DNA of 64,000 nt from sequence record NC_047884.1. One strand, written 5' to 3'. The stretch comes from Escherichia phage saus132. Position 1 is the stretch's first letter. Each line of letters starts with the position of its first letter. The position numbers were made by a program, and so were the translations under genes. This document shows positions 35,235 through 43,159 of this stretch, in pieces. Below the pieces are notes generated by a model. That model searched no databases. It was not told where the DNA came from and worked only from the letters and a program-made list of their open reading frames with translations.

Positions 35235-35939
35235 ATGGCTGGTTCTCGTAGAAAGAAACTTATCCATGAAATCCCTGATGAAACCTTTAAAAAGGTTATT
35301 GAACATCTAGAGAATGGTGGTACTAAGAAAGCAGCATGTGAAATGCTCGGCGTTTCTTCTAACCCAACTATGGAACGAATGATCGAGGAATGGAGAGATC
35401 GTCAGGTTCAAGTTGCGGAAATGAAAAAGAAGAAGCGCGGAACACTGATTGAAGGTGTTGAGCTTGCAAACGTAATTGAACAGTATCTTTCTGGTGATTC
35501 TTTTGAAGAAATCGCTGATCGTAATTATCGTTCTGTAGCGATGATTAAATCTGTTCTAGAACGTTACGGTGCTCTGCTTCGTTTAAATGATACTGTTGAT
35601 CCATTGAATCCTCCATTGATTCCTGATGATGCAATGGCAGAGGAATTTGAAGTTGGTGAACTTGTTTGGGTTCCTGGCTATCAGTGTATTGGTGAAATCA
35701 AGAAAGCAATGACTAACCCAGTTGGTTGCTATCGTGTTTGGTTGTTATCAGAAGGTAAACAACAGAACGTTCACTATATGCACTACGAATTAGCTTCTGT
35801 TAAACATCTGGAAAAGCTGGGAGTTGATGTTAAAGCTCTTGGCTTTAAATGGAGCCGTGAAGAAGTTATCACGTTGGTTAATGAAGCTGTTAAAGCTGCA
35901 CTGAAACTCGATAAAGAGAAAGGAAAACGCCGTGAGTAA
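35235..35939 (+). CDS. putative HTH DNA-binding protein (234 aa)
   Basis: N-terminal HTH-like GGTKKAACEMLGVSSNPTMERMIE; promoter cassette upstream. Confidence 0.5.
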   Translation: MAGSRRKKLIHEIPDETFKKVIEHLENGGTKKAACEMLGVSSNPTMERMIEEWRDRQVQVAEMKKKKRGTLIEGVELANVIEQYLSGDSFEEIADRNYRSVAMIKSVLERYGALLRLNDTVDPLNPPLIPDDAMAEEFEVGELVWVPGYQCIGEIKKAMTNPVGCYRVWLLSEGKQQNVHYMHYELASVKHLEKLGVDVKALGFKWSREEVITLVNEAVKAALKLDKEKGKRRE

Positions 35940-36186
35940 ACTAACTGATCTGTTAAAAGCTGGAGACGTAAAATATCTCCAGCGAGATAGCTGGGAAAAT
36001 AATACTTATTCTACCACTATCATCAAAGTAGATGTTGATAATAACAACATTATAGAATTTACTTGGTGGTGGTCTAAAGATGGGCGCACTAAACCCACGC
36101 TAGACGATGCATCGTGGAAAACCACTGAGCTAACTCTAGACGAAGCCCTAGCTGACGATTGGGAGATCGTTGAACTAGATGTGTAG
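35932..36186 (+). CDS. hypothetical protein (84 aa)
   Basis: ORF. Confidence 0.45.
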   Translation: MSKLTDLLKAGDVKYLQRDSWENNTYSTTIIKVDVDNNNIIEFTWWWSKDGRTKPTLDDASWKTTELTLDEALADDWEIVELDV

Positions 36187-36206
36187 CAGTTACTGAAAAA
36201 TTTCAG

Positions 36207-36235
36207 TTGCTCAATCCTATAATTCTTGATATAAT
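36207..36235 (+). promoter_or_regulatory. promoter
   Basis: -35 TTGCTC, 17 bp, -10 TATAAT. Confidence 0.55.
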
Positions 36236-36293
36236 ATTCTCATAGTTTGAAAGAACTATTCTGTTTAATTCTTAATTAAGGAAATTCAAAAAT

Positions 36294-36704
36294 ATGACTA
36301 CTCCAACTCAGTGGACTGATGAACTGTTCGAAAAAATGTCTTCCGATTACGTTGCTCGTATGGAGCAATTCCCAGAAGATGAGCGTCCGGGCGTTAGCAT
36401 GGAAATTGTTAGCGAAATTGCTCAGGAAAATGGTGTAACTCCGAACGGTTTCCGTATGAAGCTGACCAAAGCAGGTCTGTATATCAAGAAAGCTGCTGGC
36501 TCTACTTCTAAATCAAGCGCATCTACTGGAGAAAAAGCTTCTGGTGGTTCTCGTACTTCCAAAGCTCAGGCTCACTCCGATCTTCGCTCTGCATTCTCTG
36601 ATGCTGGCTTAGCACCGGACTTCCTGGACGACGCAATCATCGACAAGCTGACTGGTAAAGCAGCTGCTCATCTGGCAGAAGCTATCAGAGCTATCACTAA
36701 GTAA
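36294..36704 (+). CDS. hypothetical protein (136 aa) with one HTH-like module; host-like codon usage
   Basis: Module EIAQENGVTPNGFRMKLTKAGLYIK; codons rich in CTG/CGT/GCT/GGT. Confidence 0.5.
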   Translation: MTTPTQWTDELFEKMSSDYVARMEQFPEDERPGVSMEIVSEIAQENGVTPNGFRMKLTKAGLYIKKAAGSTSKSSASTGEKASGGSRTSKAQAHSDLRSAFSDAGLAPDFLDDAIIDKLTGKAAAHLAEAIRAITK

Positions 36705-36740
36705 TTCTTAGATAAATCCACCAACACAAGGAATACAGTT

Positions 36741-37037
36741 ATGAATAAAGCTGAAATTATTGCTCAATGCGAAAAATTTGGTGAGTTTTATCTTCATTAC
36801 GAAAAACTTCGTCAGAAAGGAACCACGTATCTTCAGGGTACGATGGAATTTGATCCAGCTCAGGATAAATACCTGGCTGAGCGTATTAAACGTGAGCGCA
36901 TCCGTAAGCCGAAAGAGGATGAAATCCTCGTTTTCTCTCGTACTAACGATAGCTTCCGTTTCATTCCTGTTGCGAAAGTTCGCCGTGTGACGAGCCTCCA
37001 GTCAGAGTTAGATCGTGCTTCTCCAGTAGGCCGATAA
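36741..37037 (+). CDS. hypothetical protein (98 aa)
   Basis: ORF followed by terminator. Confidence 0.5.
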   Translation: MNKAEIIAQCEKFGEFYLHYEKLRQKGTTYLQGTMEFDPAQDKYLAERIKRERIRKPKEDEILVFSRTNDSFRFIPVAKVRRVTSLQSELDRASPVGR

Positions 37038-37045
37038 GAAACCAA

Positions 37046-37070
37046 TTAGCCCCTATATGGGGCTTTTTGT
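37046..37070 (+). terminator. rho-independent terminator
   Basis: Hairpin AGCCCC-TATAT-GGGGCT then TTTTTG. Confidence 0.65.
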
Positions 37071-37087
37071 GTATTTGGGATATGTAA

Positions 37088-37396
37088 ATGAGCGATCAGG
37101 TAAATCAAAACTATGAAGGACACGTTGACGACCAGTCCATCATGCTTTGGGAGAAGGAGGGGGAACAAGTAAGACTAACCGTATCTGAATTTCGTGGGAA
37201 TCTATACATGGGAATTCGTTACTGGCTCCAAGATATTACTGGAGAGTGGTTTCCAACGAAATCCGGCTTCTCTTTTCCTTATACCCTAGAAACTACATCA
37301 CAGCTATTCTACGCTTTTACGCAAATCCTCAGTGAATCCGAGGTCTTGCATGAAGTACAGAAACGAGCTGAAGAACTCAAAGCCAAGAATGCCTAG
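37088..37396 (+). CDS. hypothetical protein (102 aa)
   Basis: ORF. Confidence 0.45.
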   Translation: MSDQVNQNYEGHVDDQSIMLWEKEGEQVRLTVSEFRGNLYMGIRYWLQDITGEWFPTKSGFSFPYTLETTSQLFYAFTQILSESEVLHEVQKRAEELKAKNA

Positions 37397-37423
37397 TTCT
37401 TGGCTTTTTCTTTATAAATGTAC

Positions 37424-37452
37424 TTGCTTTCATCCCTATTTTCTTATATAAT
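37424..37452 (+). promoter_or_regulatory. promoter
   Basis: -35 TTGCTT, 17 bp, -10 TATAAT, conserved UTR. Confidence 0.6.
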
Positions 37453-37481
37453 AGTTATATAAATTAATGAGAGGGGTGAAT

Positions 37482-37754
37482 ATGAAAAAGATAAAAATAA
37501 GTCCACTTAAACCTTTACCGTACATAGGACAGTCTTTAGTTCTTTCCTGGGAAGAAAAGCTCAATGGAGAGAAGGTACGTATGGTTCGACAGGGGTATAA
37601 ACTTATATCTCTCGCTTACGAAGCAAACACATTAGTTGCTGATATTTACTCTCCAATAACTCAAAGAGTGGGAAGTACTACCTATCTTTGCTTATGTAAG
37701 AACTTTACATGGCAGGGGGATACTATTCAGCCTAAAGCATATGAGGTACAGTAA
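37482..37754 (+). CDS. hypothetical protein (90 aa)
   Basis: ATG after SD GAGAGGGG. Confidence 0.45.
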   Translation: MKKIKISPLKPLPYIGQSLVLSWEEKLNGEKVRMVRQGYKLISLAYEANTLVADIYSPITQRVGSTTYLCLCKNFTWQGDTIQPKAYEVQ

Positions 37755-37949
37755 ATGGCAATAACACTTCCAAAGATTCAAGCAAAACTTAATTTGCTCT
37801 CCATAGCAAGAATCAATTACCAGGATAGTATCGGCACTCCAAACCAGAAAGCGTACAAAGATGCGTGGTTGAAAGAAGCTGCTGATTTAGCTGGTATGGC
37901 TGCGCAGTATAGTAAAGAACTCAAAATGGAAATCGCAGATGATGAATAA
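37755..37949 (+). CDS. hypothetical protein (64 aa)
   Basis: ATG directly after upstream TAA, SD GAGGT 9 nt upstream. Confidence 0.4.
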   Translation: MAITLPKIQAKLNLLSIARINYQDSIGTPNQKAYKDAWLKEAADLAGMAAQYSKELKMEIADDE

Positions 37950-38913
37950 TGTAAAAGACTTTATTAAACGTTGTCAAGAAGCGTACTACCAGGGAATGAG
38001 TCTTATTTCCGATGAAGAATATGATCGTCTGATTAAAAGATTCCCACTAGAGGAAGAAATCGGACCGAAAGGTGATATCCCTCATTTGTATCGTATGTAT
38101 TCTTTGCAGAAAGTCTATTACGATCGTGGTGATAAAGCTCCATTCAACCCACTTGGTCAGGTTGAAACTGATAAGTTAGATGGTTGTGCGATTTCTCTAT
38201 TATATATTAATGGTGAATTTATTCAAGCGTTAACTCGTGGTAACGGTATTCTAGGGAATGATGTAACGCATAATGTTAAAATGCTGAACATCCCTAAAAC
38301 TATCTCCCAAAAAGTTCCAACTCAAATCACTGGTGAAGTTCTCATCACTAAAGAAGTAGAGAACAAACGTAACTATGCTTCCGGTGCTATTAACTTGAAA
38401 GATAGTGATGATTTCATGCAACGTATTGGTGAAGGTGGTTTAATCTTCGTTGCATATGGTATCCAGTGTTCAGCGGAAACAGTCGGTATTACAGAAGCCT
38501 ATTTAAAAGATATGCTTTGGCTAGAGAATGAGAACTTCTTGACAGTTGTTAATGTTCGTTCCTTCTTTAAGTGGATTCCGACGGATGGTAAAGTTGTTCG
38601 TATTAATGATAACAACAAATTCTTCCGTGAAGGTTGGACTAATAAATTTCCTCGCGGTGCATTTGCTATTAAAGAGGATGAAGAAGGCGAAATTACCACA
38701 CTTGTTAAAGTTGAATGGCAAGTAGGGGCTTCTGGTAAAGTAACTCCAGTTGGTTATTTCGAACCGGTGATTATTGATGATGCCACAATCGTTAAAGCAA
38801 CTCTTAATAACGTTGATTATATTAACGCTCTCGATTTAGAGATCGGTTGCCAGATTCGAGTGATTCGTGCTGGTGGTGTAATCCCTTGTATAGTAGAGCG
38901 AGTATACGACTAA
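37939..38913 (+). CDS. NAD-dependent DNA ligase, adenylation-domain part
   Basis: KxDG adenylation motif (VETDKLDGCAIS). Confidence 0.75.
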   Translation: MMNNVKDFIKRCQEAYYQGMSLISDEEYDRLIKRFPLEEEIGPKGDIPHLYRMYSLQKVYYDRGDKAPFNPLGQVETDKLDGCAISLLYINGEFIQALTRGNGILGNDVTHNVKMLNIPKTISQKVPTQITGEVLITKEVENKRNYASGAINLKDSDDFMQRIGEGGLIFVAYGIQCSAETVGITEAYLKDMLWLENENFLTVVNVRSFFKWIPTDGKVVRINDNNKFFREGWTNKFPRGAFAIKEDEEGEITTLVKVEWQVGASGKVTPVGYFEPVIIDDATIVKATLNNVDYINALDLEIGCQIRVIRAGGVIPCIVERVYD

Positions 38914-38963
38914 TTCGTAACCCTTTGCTACCCGTTTACCATGTCGGAATTATAAAGTGGTTA

Positions 38964-38992
38964 TTGACATTTTCGCCGCTTAGGTATATACT
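38964..38992 (+). promoter_or_regulatory. promoter in the gap between the two ligase ORFs
   Basis: -35 TTGACA, 17 bp, -10 TATACT. Confidence 0.55.
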
Positions 38993-39056
38993 ATTATCAT
39001 TCAGTTGAGGGATAGAAAGTTATGGCGAGGGTAAGCAAAGTTAGTTAAAATTGTAG

Positions 39057-39085
39057 TTGCTAAATGCTTAAATACTTGCTATAAT
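39057..39085 (+). promoter_or_regulatory. promoter immediately upstream of ligase C-terminal ORF
   Basis: -35 TTGCTA, 17 bp, -10 TATAAT, conserved UTR. Confidence 0.6.
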
Positions 39086-39115
39086 ATTTATATAAATTGA
39101 TAAGGAAGAAATTTG

Positions 39116-39895
39116 ATGAAAATCGAAATTCCAACACAATGTCCCTCTTGTGGTTCTAAGCTAGATCTTGTCAACGGGCAATTATTCTGTAGGAATAAGT
39201 CCAACTGTCCAGCACAATCAAGTAAGTTAATCGAGAACTTCTGCACAAAAATGAAGTTAAAGGGCTTTGGCCCGAAAACTATTGAGAAGCTGGAACTGAC
39301 TAAGATCTCAGAACTGTTTTACCTGACCGAAGAAGATTTGGTCGGAGCTGTGGGTAGCAAGGTTGCCGCTAAGTTGATTAGCGAGTTAAATACTAAGGTT
39401 CGCGGAGACATTGACTTTGGTTCGGTTCTCGGTTCTTTAGGAATTCCTCTTATTGGAGAGGTTGCAGCAAAGAAACTGTCCCAAAATTGCACTAGCTTCC
39501 ACGATGTGAAGGCTGACGGCAAGGCTGGAGAAAATTACAAAACCTGGCTAAATTCCCCACAAGGCAAGGATGTTATTGAATTACCATGGAAATTCTCAAC
39601 TGGTATTCGAGGTACTAAAGCTGATATCATCATTACGGATGATTTAGTTGCCCAGCCAAATGGAATCACGATCTGTATTACCGGATCTTTGCAAGATTTT
39701 GCAAATCGAACGGATGCAACAAACTATTTAGAAAGTCTAGGATATACGGTTAAGAAATCCGTTACCAAAGACGTCAAATACCTAATCTGTGAGGATGAAT
39801 CAAAACGTTCTTCCTCATCTTATAAGAAAGCCGAAACGAATGGGATAGAAATCCTGTCGATTAAAGAACTATTGGAGAAAAATAATAATGTCTAA
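39116..39895 (+). CDS. NAD-dependent DNA ligase, C-terminal part (zinc finger, HhH, BRCT-like)
   Basis: Cys4 site CPSCGSKL...CRNKSNCP; own promoter and SD upstream. Confidence 0.7.
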   Translation: MKIEIPTQCPSCGSKLDLVNGQLFCRNKSNCPAQSSKLIENFCTKMKLKGFGPKTIEKLELTKISELFYLTEEDLVGAVGSKVAAKLISELNTKVRGDIDFGSVLGSLGIPLIGEVAAKKLSQNCTSFHDVKADGKAGENYKTWLNSPQGKDVIELPWKFSTGIRGTKADIIITDDLVAQPNGITICITGSLQDFANRTDATNYLESLGYTVKKSVTKDVKYLICEDESKRSSSSYKKAETNGIEILSIKELLEKNNNV

Positions 39896-40655
39896 ACTGA
39901 ACTGGAACGTAGAAGGTGTAACCGAGTCTCTGAAAGCAAAAGCCACTGCTCTGGGTGTTGCTGTAATCTCTCAAGAACAAGTAGCTGCTATCGCTGCTGA
40001 ACTGGCTACCGAGACTGGTAAAGACGTTACCGCTCGCTCTGTTGGCTCTAAGCTGCGTAAAGAAGGTTTCGAAGTACAGAAAGCTAACGAAGTACAGAAA
40101 TCCCCGTGGACTCCTGAGCAGGAAGCTGAACTAGTTGATTTCCTGAACGCTCATGCTGGTCAGTATACTTACGCTGAAATCGCTGCTGCTGTAGCTGGTG
40201 GTCAGTTCGGTGCTAAGCAGGTACAGGGTAAGATCCTGAGTCTGGAAATGACTGCTTCTGTTAAGCCAACTGAAAAAGCTGCTGCTGTTCGTTCCTTCAC
40301 TCCTGACGAAGAAACTGATTTCGTTAATCAGGTTGTTGCTGGTGCTACTATTGAAGCTATCGCTGCTCACTTCGGTCGTAATATTAAGCAGATCCGTGGT
40401 AAAGCTCTGAGCCTGCTTCGTGAAGGTCGTATCGCTGCTATGCCGGTACAGGAAACATCAAGTGCTAAGACTCGTGAAGATCTGTTAGAAGGTCTGGATC
40501 TGGCTTCCATGACTGTTGCAGAAGTTGCTGAGAAAACTGGTAAGTCTGAGCGCGGTGTTAAATCTATGCTGTCTCGTCGTGGTCTGGTTGCTAAGGACTA
40601 TGATGGTGCTGCTAAGCGTGCTAAACTGGATGCAAAAGCTGCGGCTGCTGAATAA
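39888..40655 (+). CDS. protein with four tandem HTH-like modules (255 aa); host-like codon usage
   Basis: Repeated modules (ELATETGKDVTARSVGSKLRKEGFEVQK, EAIAAHFGRNIKQIRGKALSLLREG, EVAEKTGKSERGVKSMLSRRGLVAKD); terminator downstream. Confidence 0.5.
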   Translation: MSKLNWNVEGVTESLKAKATALGVAVISQEQVAAIAAELATETGKDVTARSVGSKLRKEGFEVQKANEVQKSPWTPEQEAELVDFLNAHAGQYTYAEIAAAVAGGQFGAKQVQGKILSLEMTASVKPTEKAAAVRSFTPDEETDFVNQVVAGATIEAIAAHFGRNIKQIRGKALSLLREGRIAAMPVQETSSAKTREDLLEGLDLASMTVAEVAEKTGKSERGVKSMLSRRGLVAKDYDGAAKRAKLDAKAAAAE

Positions 40656-40671
40656 TCTGGTAAATTAAACC

Positions 40672-40706
40672 TAAGGGGAGGGGGCTATGCTCCTTCCCCT
40701 TTTTGC
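40672..40706 (+). terminator. rho-independent terminator
   Basis: G/C-rich imperfect hairpin AAGGGGAGG...CCTTCCCC then TTTTTG. Confidence 0.55.
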
Positions 40707-40737
40707 ATTTAGAAGGCACGAAAGCGTGCAAAGGAGA

Positions 40738-42210
40738 ATGACCTTGTTTAACGTGCAAGCTGTAGTGTTGAAGATGCTTCTCGCTTCTGAACAGAAGCAA
40801 ATAGCATTGGAAACATTCTCAAAACTGCATAAAGATCATTTTAATGACGCTTTCTCCTCAATTTACCAAGCCGTCCAGAATTATTATAAGAAATATAACG
40901 CAATGCCGTCCATTGACGCACTGATGCTTGAGGCCAATAGGAACGCCCGCCTTTCTCAAGCTCTTGTCGTCTTAGCTAACACTCAAATTCCAGAAGTGAG
41001 CATGGAACAGGCACTTGAAGTCCTAGAAGCTGAATATACACAGGATCTATTCCTGAAACTTCTAGAAACAGACGTGCTTCAAGATTTAACAATGCTGGAT
41101 CAGGGAGAAATTCTCAATCGAGTTGCCTCCCTTCACTTAAAATTAGAAGAGAAAGTAACGAATACTGGAAAGGTATTCAACGCAGACACAATGCGTATTT
41201 TCCAGAGAGAAGAAGATACCAAACTGAACTTGATCGCTCTTGGTATTTGTAATGAGTTCGACGCTCAAATTGGTTTAGCTCGCACAGAAACGTTACTGCT
41301 TGGTGGTTGGCGTGGTACTGGTAAATCCATTATCTGTTCAAACATACAGGTTCAGCAATATTTGAATGGAGACATTGCTCCATATTTCTCAATTGAGATG
41401 AAAGAGCACGAAGTGTTTAGACGTAATCTGGCTATGTTAGCTGGAGTATCTGCATTAGCAATGCGTAATAACACTCTTGAAGGTGCTGCTCTGTTGAGAT
41501 TAGCCAGAACTAGGGCTAGAATGTTTAATGGTGGTGAAGAGCTTTTCGATAGTTTCGTTAAGCAATACACTATGGCTAAAATGAGTGACTTCTATGATAT
41601 GGAAAGTAAACTCCTTGAAGGCTATGAGCTTCACACTCCTATGATCATCGTTTACGATCCTGAACTGTCTATTACGACGGTTGACGTAGAATTAAATAAA
41701 CTAGTTGCTAAGTATGGTGATAAGGTTACTGTAGCTCTTCTAGACTATATTAACCAAACAAGACTTCCAGATTCAAAGACCATTGACATGTATGACTGGA
41801 AAGAACAGATGGTTGTTAGTTCGTCTTTCAAATCTATCTGCCAGAAACATAACGTGGCTGGTGTTGCTCCTTACCAGATTGACCAAGATGGTAGAACGCG
41901 TATGTCTAAAGGGATTCTTGATTCCGCAGATATGGCTGCTAATCTTAATGCTGCAAAAGCTGATAATGGTCAAGGTGCTATTATGTTTGACTTCGTTAAG
42001 ACTCGTTCCTCTGATAGTGTGAAGTTTATGCCTAAGATGAACTGGGAAACTCTGCGAATGGATAACACTACCAACCTAGCAATGGAAGATATTGCGCAAA
42101 TGGAAGCTGAGTTCGTTATTCCTATTGAAAAGGATAAACCAGCTCAACCTAAACGTGCTAAGAAAGACAAAGCTGAAAATTCAACAGGTGAACAGGCCAG
42201 CGATATATGA
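40738..42210 (+). CDS. putative replicative helicase (DnaB/RecA-fold ATPase)
   Basis: Walker A-like GGWRGTGKS; start at ATG after SD AAGGAGA (track start lies in the upstream terminator). Confidence 0.6.
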   Translation: MTLFNVQAVVLKMLLASEQKQIALETFSKLHKDHFNDAFSSIYQAVQNYYKKYNAMPSIDALMLEANRNARLSQALVVLANTQIPEVSMEQALEVLEAEYTQDLFLKLLETDVLQDLTMLDQGEILNRVASLHLKLEEKVTNTGKVFNADTMRIFQREEDTKLNLIALGICNEFDAQIGLARTETLLLGGWRGTGKSIICSNIQVQQYLNGDIAPYFSIEMKEHEVFRRNLAMLAGVSALAMRNNTLEGAALLRLARTRARMFNGGEELFDSFVKQYTMAKMSDFYDMESKLLEGYELHTPMIIVYDPELSITTVDVELNKLVAKYGDKVTVALLDYINQTRLPDSKTIDMYDWKEQMVVSSSFKSICQKHNVAGVAPYQIDQDGRTRMSKGILDSADMAANLNAAKADNGQGAIMFDFVKTRSSDSVKFMPKMNWETLRMDNTTNLAMEDIAQMEAEFVIPIEKDKPAQPKRAKKDKAENSTGEQASDI

Positions 42211-43097
42211 GTAGAATAACAGAACTACTTGATCTGAAAGGCATTGAATACAAAGACACAGGTGGGGACATCCTCATCTGTTGTCTCAATCCAGATCATG
42301 ATGATAAACACCCAAGCTTGCGTATTGATCCTGAATCAGGTATTATGCATTGCTTGAGCTGTGGCTTCGGTAGAGGAATACCGAGCATTTACCATTATTT
42401 TAATGAGACTCAGTACAGACAGTCCCCAAGATTGTCACAAGTACATAAAAAGATTTCAGAGATTAGGAATGGATCTACGAATCTTGCAATTCCTGAATCT
42501 GCTTACCTTTTCGAAGGTGATTTCCGAGGTATCAGTTCTAAGACCTTGAAGAAATATTTTGCTTTCCAACATCAAGCAGACTGGGAAGGCAGAATTGTAT
42601 TCCCAATAACAGATGCTGTTGGACGCAATATCCTATTCCTGGGACGTTCTATAAACAGTTCTGCCCCTCCTAAATACTTAGTAAAACCAAAACAAGTTTC
42701 ACCACCGATTTTCCCTGTACGATATAATACACCAGTTCTTGTTCTAGTTGAAGGTATCTTTGATATGTTAAATCTAGAAGACAATGGTGTAGATTATGCT
42801 TCTTGCTGCTTTGGTACACATCAGTTTACATCTGATAACATTGCGGATAAGTTTAGTCCTTACATTATTGCTGGAGTAAGAGTAGTTGTTATCTTGCTAG
42901 ATAATGATGCCTCTGGTAATAAAGCTGCCCAAGCACTAGCGAAGCTAATTCGTACAAAAACACGTTTAACACCTGTAGTTGGTAACTTCCTTCTTCCAGA
43001 AGGCAAAGACCCAGGTGACTTAAATAAAGAAGAGATCGATATGTTGGCTCAACGTATTGAAATTTTAGTTGCCGAATCGCTCAAAGATTTGGTATAA
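42207..43097 (+). CDS. DNA primase (zinc-binding plus Toprim)
   Basis: Zinc motif CCLNPDHDDKHPSL...HCLSCG; Toprim EGIFD and LLDNDASG. Confidence 0.8.
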   Translation: MSRITELLDLKGIEYKDTGGDILICCLNPDHDDKHPSLRIDPESGIMHCLSCGFGRGIPSIYHYFNETQYRQSPRLSQVHKKISEIRNGSTNLAIPESAYLFEGDFRGISSKTLKKYFAFQHQADWEGRIVFPITDAVGRNILFLGRSINSSAPPKYLVKPKQVSPPIFPVRYNTPVLVLVEGIFDMLNLEDNGVDYASCCFGTHQFTSDNIADKFSPYIIAGVRVVVILLDNDASGNKAAQALAKLIRTKTRLTPVVGNFLLPEGKDPGDLNKEEIDMLAQRIEILVAESLKDLV

Positions 43098-43159
43098 TAT
43101 ATTGGTAAGTTAGAGAAGAAACACTGAAGTTATACTTACTTACCAAAAGGAGACTAAAT

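Noticed and set aside
37467-37949. A third in-frame TAA joining ORFs 37467-37754 and 37755-37949
   Set aside because: The downstream ORF starts with ATG immediately after the stop and has its own SD, unlike the ltf and Toprim cases; two separate small genes is the simpler reading.
38914-39115. Group I intron or intein splitting the DNA ligase
   Set aside because: Gap is only about 200 bp, AT-rich, contains two promoter elements and an SD; no intron-like structure and no intein motifs at the ORF ends.
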